64,000 nucleotides of DNA from Octopus sinensis (taxonomy: Eukaryota). Positions 1-12,607 of the stretch are shown here, in pieces. The stretch covers positions 75,206,001-75,270,000 of the forward strand of contig NC_043005.1 of the NCBI RefSeq assembly GCF_006345805.1. Direction: 5' to 3'. Made by a program: the position numbers and the translations under genes. The first letter of the stretch is position 1, and each line of letters begins with the position of its first letter. The notes beneath the pieces were generated by a model. The model made no database searches and was not told the DNA's origin. It saw only the letters and a program-made list of their open reading frames with translations.

Positions 1-355
1 GTGCTTTAAAATAGTAAATCGTAAAATTAGATTTATTTCACAGAAGTAAAATGAATGAACCAATAAAATCAATGCTTGCAGAAAGGAAGGATTCTTTGTT
101 CGCTCAATTATCAATAAAGTTAGTCGTTTTATATTTCTTTGAGGACATAAAACCAATAAGAGTACAATGGTCCTAGAGTACATTACCCTTCCCTTAAGAA
201 CTCTACAAACTGTCTTGGAACCACAAGGAGATGGCTTAAAGAGAGAAAAGTGTTGGTATATTTTTAAAATTGTTAAATTTAAACATGTAACAACATACTG
301 TACACAGTTGTTTATAGGCACCAGATCAAATTGCTTTTCAATATTTTCTCTCCAG

Positions 356-388
356 AATCTACAACTGAAGCAGCAACAACAGCTACAG
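356..388 (+). CDS. Unit 1 Thr-rich linker micro-exon (STTEAATTAT), phase 1-1
   Basis: tccag|AA...ACAG|gtgtgt, 33 nt, paralogous to five other micro-exons. Confidence 0.88.
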
Positions 389-519
389 GTGTGTATTTGA
401 AATTTTCCATTATTGCAAAATAATAAATATGTTTGATTCTCATACAGAGGACACAACTGGATTATTTCTCCAAGTTCTATTATTTAGATATGTCTCTGTT
501 TATGTGTATAATTGTGAGA

Positions 520-569
<50 letters not shown>

Positions 570-3500
570 ACATGTATGCATGTGTTAAATGTAAAATAAA
601 AAACGTCACATAATCTGAGCTTAAATGATTGAATAAATAATGTTGTTTTCTTCTTCTCTAAATACAGAATCCTGGTGTGTGATGAATGATGGTTTAGCTG
701 ATGCCTCATTAATAAGAAGTTGGGACATTAAGACTTCAAGCAATCAAGAACATGTAAATGCTATCAGACCTGGTGGAAAAGGTTGGAAACCTGATGTCAG
801 TGACAAAAAACGTACTGTAACAATTTTTGTTGGAGATGCTTTAAGATATGGTGCAACAATAAGATTACCCCGTGCCAAATACGTGCAGAAGTTTGATGTG
901 ATACTCTCTGATGGACAGGTAACTTATATCCAAGTTTTAAAGACATAATTAAGCATGTGTTCTTAATCACACAGTATCACAATATTGACCAGACCATCAG
1001 ATGTTGTTATCTAACACTTGACCCACTGTGCTTCCAATTCTGGCTTGATTGCACCATTCTTTTTCCTCTTGATCCAAAGTGCTTAACTAAATCGTCTTCC
1101 CATTGTTATGGAAGCCATCCAAGTGGCCTTTTCTGATCTCTTGGATACCACTAAATTTTAATTGGCCAGAAATGTTGATGGGAAAAGTTAGATGATTCCA
1201 TCAGCCCCAGTATTTGACCAATGCTTTATTTTTTAGATCCTCAAAAGATGAACTACAAAGTTGACCTTAGTGAGATTAGAACTCAGAATTTGTACGGGAT
1301 TTTTGCAGAGTTTTGGATTTTTTTGCAATTTTCTGATAATACCGACATAGACTTGCCCAAATGCATCAATAGATTAACAATAATATATTTTTCACTGTTG
1401 TTACAATCATCTGAAATGGAACTGTCAAAGCGCAATATTCAAGCAATTTTGCTATCCAACTTCAAAAAAGGACGTAAAGCAGCTGAAACTGCTCATGATA
1501 TCAACAGAATGTTTGGTGAGGAAATGACTGTGAGTGGTCAGCTTGAAAATGGTTTAAATGATTTAGTAGTAGAGACCTGAGATTTGAAGATCATGATGCC
1601 CATCTATCATCAATGACGGTCAATTAAAGACCGTCATTGAGAAAGATCCATGTAAAACCACTTGAGAACTGGCAAAAGAACTTCAAGTTAGCCAGAAAAC
1701 TGCCTGCAACCATTTGCATGCGATCAAAATCAAAAAAGCTTGACAAATGGATACCACACATTTGAATGAAAATCAGAAGATGCAGAGATATGAAATTTGC
1801 TCATTGCTTCTTCTCCATAACCAGACCAATCCATTTCTCAATGGTATTGTAACTTGCAAAGAAAACTGGATTCTGTACAATAATAAAAAAAACGTTCTTT
1901 GCAGTGGCTGGACCAAAATGAAGCACCAAAAACCATCCCCAAACCCGAGCTCTTCAAAAAGGTTATGGTGACTGTTTGGTGGTGTACTGCTGGACTCATC
2001 CACTATGACTTCTTAAAACCCAGAAAAACCATTACTGCAGAAACATATTGCCAAAATGAACGAAAAACTGCTACTCTTCCATCCCAGATTGGTCAACAAA
2101 AGAGGGCCAAACATTCTTCATGACAGTGCTCGACCTCATGTTTCGCTAATGACACTTCAGAAGTTAAGGGAACTTGGCTACGAAGTTCTTCCCCACCCAG
2201 CTTATTCCCCAGACCTTTCTTCTATTGACTACCACTTTTTAAGCACTTTGACGGTTTCCTTTGAGAGAAGGTGTTCAAAAATCGAACCGATGATGAAAGT
2301 GCATTCAAAGAGTTTATCAGCTCTAGAACTCCAAATTTTTATGTTACTGGAATAAACAAACTTGTAACTTATTGGCAAAAATGTGTTGACTGTAATGGTA
2401 CTTACTTTGACATATAAAATTTCTGTATTGTTGAAATATATTGTGGTGAATGTCATGTTTCAAAACGTTGCTTACTTTTTACTCAGCCTGATATAGAAGT
2501 ATATTAGCATGTTTTAATATATATTCTAAAAACATGCAATATTAACTGAACTATTTTTCTTTTACAGAATACCAATTATATTCGAAACAATAATCCTGAT
2601 GCTATTATCAAAATACCTTTTGGCACCACCGTCAACAGTGTAAAATTACGATTTCACTCTGTTAAACCAAATTGCCAAATAGTTGTAACAGTATCAATTC
2701 TTGGATGTTTTGAATCCCGTAAGTGCAATTTTATTTTTAAACAGACTTTCTGATGAAGTCCTCAACTGTGCCAAGATACCTGATAAACTAGTAAGATGAG
2801 GAGTGGGGGAAGGGGAACGTATCCTCAAACCAGAGACTTGGCCTGAGTCTGTGAAACAAAATAGACTCCACTAAAGACACCCAACGTATCAGGTTTTGCT
2901 TTTAAATCAAGCAACAGGTTATGTTAACCATCCAAATAGACAATGGTAAGATCTGAACTGAAAAGTATAAAAAAGGTGGAACAAAGTAGACGATGTAACC
3001 TGACGTGGTCCCTGGCCAGCACCTGTCAAGCCATCCGACTCATGCCAGCATGGAAAATGGATATTAAATGATGATGATGATGAAGTTGATTAACAATTCA
3101 ACATTTAAATCTGCCATATCTGGCCAAACTATTCACTCTGTTTTATGTTGAAGCCAGCCAGATCCAGCCTATCACACTGACCCTGAAATATCTATCTACT
3201 ACAAACATACAATCACATTATCAAAATCTTAGATCTATCAGATAATACATGAGTAATTCAAATTATTTCGAATAAATAAGCTTTATATTTGACAGAGTAA
3301 TCTGAGAGCTAAAGGGTTGAGCATGTGCTTAAAAAATTGTTTGTTTATATTTGGTAAAAAAAATGACCTGAAACAACATTCTGTGTATTTGTCACCATGC
3401 ATGGAATCTAATTATTCTTTAATATCTTCTTTCTAGAGTCTACAACTGAAGCAGCAACAACAGCTACAGGTACGTAGTTCAGAGTAACCATATTCAGCAC

Positions 3501-6500
3501 AGTTCTGTCTTACATGAAGATAAGGAATTGGGAAAACATCATATACAGATATTTCGTTTTGGGATTTGGTTTGCAAGATTCTTTATATGAGTTCGTGTGT
3601 TGAAGCATATTCTGTTGTGTCAGAAGCATATACTGTTTTGTTGTGTCAGTAAGACTATTGAAAAGGTTGTAAGACACAATGAAAATTTTAGGAAAATAAA
3701 AATAAGAAATAGGTGGAAATTTTACTGGTGAGTGTGTTAAATTATAAGGCACAAAAAGAAAATGACTCTCCCTAGACACAACATCATATACAGATGTCAT
3801 GCAATAATAACTGAATTCCTTTAAGCCAAGGTTTCCCAATCAAGGGTGCTTGCACCTCCAAGGGGTGTGACACAGCATTTCAGGGGGTGTGAACAGGGCC
3901 GGATTTATAGGGGCGTCAAAGAAGGCAATTGCCCCAGGCACCTTTATTCTTATGTAAATTATTACTTTAAAGGGTGCAAGAACATATTAAAAGTTTTTAG
4001 GGGTGTGGGGCATAGAAAAGGTTGGGAACCACTGCTTTAAGCCATGGATGACAATGGAATTAAAAATATGTTGGTAAACATTCTTTTGCATACAATTAAA
4101 TCAATTTTATCTTACTTATAGACTTACATTCCTATAAGAATGTGATTCTACAGATAATTAGAGATTTAGCTCTAAGTATCTTCTTATAGGTAAATTCCTT
4201 TCATTACGAATACATAGATGTCATTTCCAGTTTTCTAATAATTCTCTCTGATAGTATTTTGCTTACTCATCCTACCACTCCTTTTTCACATCATCATTGT
4301 TTGGTAATAAATTGTTGTTGTAGCTGCTGTGGCTGTTTTCCTCCTCCTCCTCATCTTCCTCTGCCTACTCCCCCTCCTTCTTCATTGCTGCTGTTGTTGT
4401 TCTTCCAATCAGGACTCACGCCATTAGCCACAAAGAATAATCTCTAATTTGAGCCTACTCTAACCTACTAAAAATGTGTGTGGAAACTTGAAGATCCACC
4501 CACCACATAGACTGGTGGTTTTATGGGCGCAAAAGCTACGTTGTTATCCTCATTCCGTAAATGGTGGCTTTTAACGGGTGGAGAGCTGAACCATCCCGGG
4601 GTACAGAGGCTTCACAATCTAGACTAGGGTCTGAAAGTTTACCACACCATAGTGGGTTACTCTGCTTTGTGGCAGAAGTAGGAAGAAAGAGTGAGAGAAA
4701 GTTGTATGAAAGAGTACAACAGGGTTCACCACCTTCCCTCGCTGGAGTCTCGTGGAGCTTAGGTGTTTTTGCTCAATAAACACTCACAATGCCCAGTCTG
4801 GGAATTGAAACTGTGTTCTTATGACCGCAAGTCCGCTGCCCTAACCACTGAGCCATTGCACCTCCACAGGCTGCTGTTGTTGTTTTCTTCCTCCTCCCCT
4901 CCCCCTCCGCCTCCTCCCCCCTCCTTTTTCGCTGCTGCTGCTGTTGTTGTTGTTATTGTTCAGTCCAAAGTCAGACTTGATTAAACAGGCCTTTCATTGA
5001 GGGCATTCCAGCCATGACATCGCATCCTTTTGTTCATCCAGGATACATTGGTAAATGTATAGTTCTTGTTCTAGATACTGAGATGTAATTTCAGGAAGAT
5101 ATTTCTACTATTTTTCACAGATCAAGTGATGTGATAGGGCTGCCATTTTTGGCTTTGAATAATTAGATATTTCTCAGTAAATGCATTTGTGGAAATGTTG
5201 TCGAGTATATGTAAGTATTGATATCTATAATTACTGATTTGATTGTTTGTAACTGAAATAAAAGACACCAAGTTTTTGAAGTGTGTGTGTGTGTATTTGA
5301 GTATCTTCCTATGTACAGGTCTATTCAATACTTGTTAAAGGAATGTGCCCTCAGTATTTTGGCATTCACTGATTGAATAAATAATTAGCTGTTTTCTTCA
5401 TCTCTTCATACAGAATCCTGGTGTGTGATGAATGATGGTTTAGCTGATGCTTCATTAATAAGAGGTTGGGACATTAAGACTTCAAGCAATCAAGAACATG
5501 TAAATTCTATCAGACCTGGTGGAAAAGGCTGGAAACCTGATCTCAGTGACAAAAAACGTGTGGTAACAATTTTTGTTGGAGATGCTTTAAGATATGGTGC
5601 AACAATAAGACTGCCTCATGCCAAATATGTTGAGAAGTTTGATGTGATACTCTCTGATGGACGGGTAAATTATATCCAGATTTTTACAATATTTCCCTAC
5701 ATTTACATCAATAATATATTTACTATTAAACTTTAAATAATTTATGATAATAAATGGTATCCCCTGGTGGAGTGTTAACACATTTCTTCATAATATTTGG
5801 TAGGATTAGAAGTTTGAATTTGAAATTAAGAAGTAAGGGAGGATGTATAGATTACATATATCCAATTTTCTATTTTTATTCACACCCTTTCAGTACTACT
5901 TCTCTCTCCCAGCTGACGGGTTTTATTGTCCAAGGTATTTGGTGATCCTGTTGTTACCTGGTTCCACCTAAAAAGCATTAGTGAGTGTACTACGTAAAAA
6001 GCATTGGAGCTGGTGCCATTTAAAAAGTTCCCATGCTGGGACCGCATAAAAAGCACCCTGTACACTCTGTAAAGTGGTTGATGTTAGGAATGGCATCCAG
6101 CTGTAGAAACCATGCCAAAACAGACAATAGAACTTGATGCTGCTCCAGGTTTTGCCATACCCTGTCAAACAGTTTGACCCATATCAGCATAGACATCAAA
6201 TGTCAAGTAATAATGATGATGTTAATGTTGATTTGGTACCATGTCAGTCCTGCTCCTATTCTCTCTTTACTCTTTTACTTGTTTCAGTCATGTGACTGTG
6301 GCCATGCTGAAGCACCACATGTAGTCGAGCAAATCGACCCCAGGACTTATTCTTTGTAAGCCTAGTACTTATTCTATCGGTCTCTTTTGCTGAACCGCTA
6401 AGTTACAGGGACGTAAAACACACCTGCATCAGTTGTCAAGCAATGTTGGGATGGACAAACTCAGACACACAAACATATATGCACACATACATATATATAT

Positions 6501-9500
6501 ATATATACATATATACGACAGGCTTCTTTCAGTTTCTGTCTACCAAATCCACTCACAAGGCTTTGGTCGGCCCGAGGCTATAGTAGAAGACACTTGCCCA
6601 AGGTGCCACAAAGTGGGACTGAACCCAGAACCATGTGGTTTGTAAGCAAGTTACTTACCTTACAGTCACTCATATGCCTATGATAATCAAAAACATTTCA
6701 GTTATGATCATCTTCCCTTTTTTAAGGCATAGTATAATGTGGACTACATTAATCTATGTTTATTTCAGTTTTAAAGTTAGTGTGTAAGTAAGTGGTGAGG
6801 TGGATTCGCTTTCTATTTCTTATAGGCTGTGTGAGAATAGATCAGTAATAAGATTTTGATAAGTAAATAGGTTTCTCATTAAATAATAAATTCCAAAGAG
6901 ATTTTTTCCTTTCATTCTTACATAAAGTAATCCTTTCTACTATAGGCACAAGGCCTGAAATTTTGAGGGGAGGGAGCCAGTTGATTAGATCGACCTCAGG
7001 ACACAACTGGTACTTAATTTATCGACCCTGAAAGGATGAAAGGCAAATTCGACCTCAGCGGAATTTGAACTCAGAGGGTAGTGATAGACGAAATACTGCT
7101 AAGCATTTCATCTAACGTGCTAACGATTCTGCCTGCTCACCACCTTAATTCTTATATAAAGTAATACAAATGGAAACACACTTATATTTCATCTCTATCT
7201 CCTTTGTGCAGTACCTACGAGTATTACTTGGATAGGTCTCTTAAGTAGATTTACATATATCTCTATATATATATAAAGCTGAAGTTGTCTGTGTATGGCA
7301 GGTTTGGTAGCCTTCAACTAACACTATTTCCTCCGAGACCCTGCGGTGCAAGTTGACCAAAATTGAAAGTATGATAGAAGAAGACTTGCTCTTCCTTCCA
7401 TAGAAGAAAAAATACAAATCGGACCATGTTAACACCAAAAATTATTTACACCAAAAAGGTCCTTTGAAAATCCCTATTTTTTATGATTTTTTTTACTGCT
7501 GTGTTGCCATTTTTTGGTGTATTTCAACCAGAAAAATGTTCTCTTAAAGAGAATAACAAGCTACATAATACAAAATATTTACTTTTCAAAAGTTTCAATT
7601 CTAAAGGGTCAAAACAAATCCGAGCAACGCCGGGCGATACTGCTAGTACTATATAAAACTATCATCATCATCATCATATGTCCATTTTCCATGCTAGCAT
7701 GGGTTAGATGGTTTGAGAGGAGCTAGCAAACCAGAGGACTGCATCAAACTCCACTCTCTCTTTTGGCATGGCTTTTACAGTTGGAGGTCCTTCCTAAAAC
7801 CAGCCACATTACAGAGTGGACTGGGTGCTTTTGCAAAGCACCAGCACTGGCATGGTCTGATCAGAGATATATCCATATATTGTACAAAAGTCATAAAAGA
7901 AAAAGAAATAATTTTTTACACAAGAGATAACTAGAGAGGAAAATAAGAAAAAATGAAGCTCATTTTCATTTTTCATGAAAACCTTAATTATTTGTATGTT
8001 TTGTTATAAATTATAAAATAGGCAATGTTAACTAAGTCATATGTCTTTCTGCAGAATACCAACCATGTTCGTAACAATGAGCCTGATGCTATTATTAAGA
8101 TACCTTTTGGTACCACAGTAAACAGTGTAAAATTACAGTTTCATTCTGTGAAACCAGAGTGCCAAATAGCTGTAACAATATCAATTCTTGGATGTTTTGA
8201 ATCACGTAAGTATGATTGTACATTTCATACAAACTTATAATGCAGTATTTCTATGTGTAATAATATTTATGATAACCCATATTATCATATTATGTAGTAT
8301 CATGTTGTACATAATCATAATTTAGAAAATAATAAAATCATATGTGGTAAAACTAACAGGGTAATATACTATACAATCGTTTAAACTGGAATTTAATCAT
8401 TCTCTAATATTTTTTTTCTATAGATTCTACAACTGAAGCAATAACAACAGCTACAGGTATGTAGTTTACAATTTCCACAATGGTAATATCAGTACAGTTT
8501 GACAAGAGAATAGCATAAAAGCATTTATTTATGTCATGTGAGGTCTGGTCAAAAAGTATTGGCACTGTTACTATGGTAAGGGAGCTGAAGTACACAGAGT
8601 GAAACTGCTTGGCACGGTTTGACATTGAACTCTGTTGTACATGCACACTAAATAATAATGCTCTTGCTCGCTTCTGTTGTTTATAGCAGTGCCTGGAAGT
8701 AAAGTATGTAGAGTGTGGTTGTCTCAAAAAGACATTCGGATTTCAGCTGTGCATCCGTGTCGGTGACATAAAAAGCACTAACCGACCATGGCTGTCTGCC
8801 AGCCTCCTCTGGCCCTTGTGCCGGTGGCATGTAAAAAGCACTCACTACACGCACTGAGTGGTTGGCATTAGGCACTGCGGTCATATTTGTTTCTGCCATT
8901 TAATGGTTTGCTCCTGCTGACGCCTTCACTGTTGCCATTGGATGTCGCTAATGTTGTTCGATGAGCTGCTGCTACTACTTTGGTTGTTAGTGCTGGATAC
9001 CGCCAGTTTCATATATGAATCCCTCATAGATATATAAATGTTGATTTATATATTTACATACAAATCAATACTTAGGAGGAAAACACTTAATATTGTAATT
9101 ATGAAATAAAAGACACTTCCTAAATTGTCTCTGTAACTAATTAAAAAATTAAAGTGTGTGTATGATTACTCACTTACATATAAGTCTCTGCAGTGCAAGT
9201 TGAAAGAATTTACCTGTAGTATTTGACTTTTATCTCTTAATACAGAGTCCTGGTGTGTTATGAATGATGGTTTAGCTGATGCTTCATTAATAAGAAGTTG
9301 GGACATTAAGACTTCAAGCAATCAAGAACATGTAAATTCTATCAGACCTGGTGGAAAAGGATGGAAACCCGATCTCAGTGACAAAAAACGTATGGTAACT
9401 ATTTTTGTTGGAGATGCTTTAAGATATGGTGCTACAATAAGGTTACCCCATGCGAAATATGTGGAAAAGTTTGATGTAATACTCTCTGATGGACAGGTAA

Positions 9501-12500
9501 ATTATATCTTGATTTAGAATATTTTGTTATTTTTACACAAATTATTTAGTTATTTTTAGTACATTAATTAATTTATAAGAAATATCTAATGTTCTCAATT
9601 AATAACATGTTGTTTCTACACAATCAGATCTATTATGGAATGCATCCTAGCAATGATCATTACTTCTTTTTACTCCGAGACTAGTATAGCCTGGAATGCA
9701 TTAGTCAGTGTGGATTTGCATTTTTTTATAGAGTCATTGAAGTTGTTCTCTCTTTTATGCCAAACAAAATAAGCAGAAATGATCAGCATTAAGATTCGAT
9801 AAATAATTAGATTTTTAATTTAAAATAACTTTTGACTAGAACTCCATCTCTTTTTATCTCAGTAGTTAGCAATTTTGTTTTCTCCTTTGCGTAATACCCA
9901 GTGCTGGATTAACCCATTAAGCAAAATAAGCACGTGCTCTGGGTATCAATGATCAGGGGCACCACAGATATGAAAATGGTTTACAGAACAAAAGAAATCA
10001 CTTTAAACTTGCTAAAGTAATACTCGTAATGCCTTATCTCTACTAAGTATAGAAGCAGAAATTTTACATAAAATTGATTTTAACAATATCATTGAACACT
10101 TTGCAATTAGAAATAAAAAAGAAAACTTTTCAAATATAAATAAAATAGAAGCATACAAAAATAAACATTATTTTCCATCTTATTGTAAATTTTGTTTCAT
10201 TTTCAAAAATAAAAATTTACTTTATGTTTTATTATTGTTTACATTTTGAATATTTTTTGTTTACATTTTGAACCATTTAAATATATTTGAGGACACCAAA
10301 ACCTTTTAAGTGCTTAGGGCCTTTATGGGTCTTTATCTGGCCTTGGTAATATCTACCAGAATTACTTGGAAATTACACAAATTACTTAGTTTTATTTTAA
10401 TGCATTAATTAATTTATGCTGTCATTTAGCTCCATGTTAGTTCTGCTCCAGCAGACTGGTACGGAAAGCATTCTGGTCATAAGCATCACTCTTTTTTTTT
10501 TTTTTTCTGATATAGTGTAATTTGGACTACATTAGACAGTGTGAATTTTACTTTTGTACCAAGTAAAACAAGCCAGAACAGATCAACAATATGACTTGAT
10601 AAATACTTTGGTATTCTTTATTAATTTGATAAATGATTGCTACATTTTTAATTAAGTTACAGAATATCTTCTAACATGAGCTTCATCTTTCTTTATTCTC
10701 AAGCAATTATCATTTGTTTTGAAACACATATTTAAAATATTTTTCCTTTGCGCAATATCTACCAAAATTATCTCAAAATATCTCTTACTTAGTTTCACAT
10801 TAGTATATTGTTATATTTTAATGTAAATTTAAAAAAAATTAATCCTGTTAATTAAACTATCATTTCTTTCTACAGAATACCAAGCATATACAAAACAACA
10901 AACCTGATGCTATTATCAAAATACCTTTTGGTACCACCGTCAACAGTATAAAATTACAATTTCACTCTGTTAAACCAGAATGCCAGATAGTTGTAACAGT
11001 ATCAATTCTTGGATGTTTTGAAGCACGTAAGTGTAACTGCACTTCATAAACTTTATAATCCAAGATTTCTTTTTGATATTTATAACACATCCTCTATATA
11101 CGTTTTAATCCTGCAGAAAAAATTGACCAAGTGGTAAAATAACAAAATAACATACTGTATAACTGTTTCAATGCATAAAATTAACTTATTCTGTTAATAT
11201 CTTTTCTGCAGAATCAACAACTCCGGCAGCAACAGCTACAGGTATGAAATTTGCTATTTCCTCTACTGTGATATCAGAACGGTCCTATGTTATGTGGAGA
11301 CAAAGTATTGCATAAAAGTATAAAATTCTGTCACATGCAATAATAATTGAGTGCTTTTGTTAATTACAGGGTTAAAAATGTGTTGAAAAATATTCTTTCC
11401 AGTATGAGTTAAGCAATGTAGTTTTCATATGAGCAAATGTGATGTTACAGATGATAAGAGACTGAGTTATAAAAATTTTAATATACAGGTGCAAACATGG
11501 CTATGTGGTAAGAAGCTTGCTTCTCAATTACATGCTTTTGGGTTCAGTACCACTGCATGGTACCTTAGATGACTGTTCTACCAAAGCCTTGGTAGAACAA
11601 AGTCTGATGCAGTCCTCTGCCTGGCTAGCTCCTGTCAAACCGACCAACCCATGCCAGCATGGAAAGCAGATGTTAAACAATGATAATAATGATGATGCTG
11701 ATGATTAGCTCATTCCTTATAACACATCTGCATTGCCTCTCCAGGATCACAATGTGCCACATGTCTAATGTTGATGTGATCATGGAGTAACATGAGATGA
11801 AATGTTTTTCTCAAGAACACAATGCTCTTCCCAGTCCAGGAATCAAAATCACAATCTTGTGATCATGAATGAAACACCCTAACCACTAAGCCATGCATTC
11901 TTGCAATGATGTACATGTGTAAGTGTTTACATCTGTAAGCTTGAAAGAGTAGCAACCTTCTGTATTTTCATGATAACTAATGTAAAAAACAAAATGTGTG
12001 TGTGTGTGTACATGTCGGTATATATTTGTGTCTCAGTCTGTACAATGTGAGGTAAGAGTATTTACTACCAGTATTTAGCATTCACTGATTGCATAAATAA
12101 TGTTGTTTTCTTTGTCTTTTAATACAGAGTCTTGGTGTGTGATGAATGATGGTTTAGCAGATGCTTCATTAATAAGAAGTTGGGACATTGAGACTTCAAG
12201 CAATCAAGAACATGTAAATTCTATCAGACCTGGTGGAAAAGGATGGAAACCTGATGTCAGTGACAAAAAACGCACTGTAACAATTTTTGTTGGAGATGCT
12301 TTAAGATATGGTGCAACAATAAGATTACCCCATGCAAAATATGTGGAGAAATTTGACGTGATACTCTCTGATGGACGGGTAAATTATATCCAGATTCTGA
12401 TTATAAACTTGTTTTATTATTTTTACACCAAACATTTACTTATTATTGATGAATGTAGGCATAAGTATGGCTGTGTGGTTAAGAAACTTGTTTCCCAATC

Positions 12501-12568
12501 TCATGGTTTTGATAGTATGCCCACTCTATTGACAGATATACGAGTGCATCTTTTCCCTGACTTGTGGT

Positions 12569-12607
<39 letters not shown>

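Noticed and set aside
1221-1415. N-terminal extension of the mariner ORF
   Set aside because: Derived from a SINE B fragment and transposon leader; the transposase starts at ATG 1416.
3510-3839. Similar peptides in ORFs 3510-, 15584+ and 53464+
   Set aside because: Chance frames in the non-coding family G element; starts and stops differ and no domain is present.
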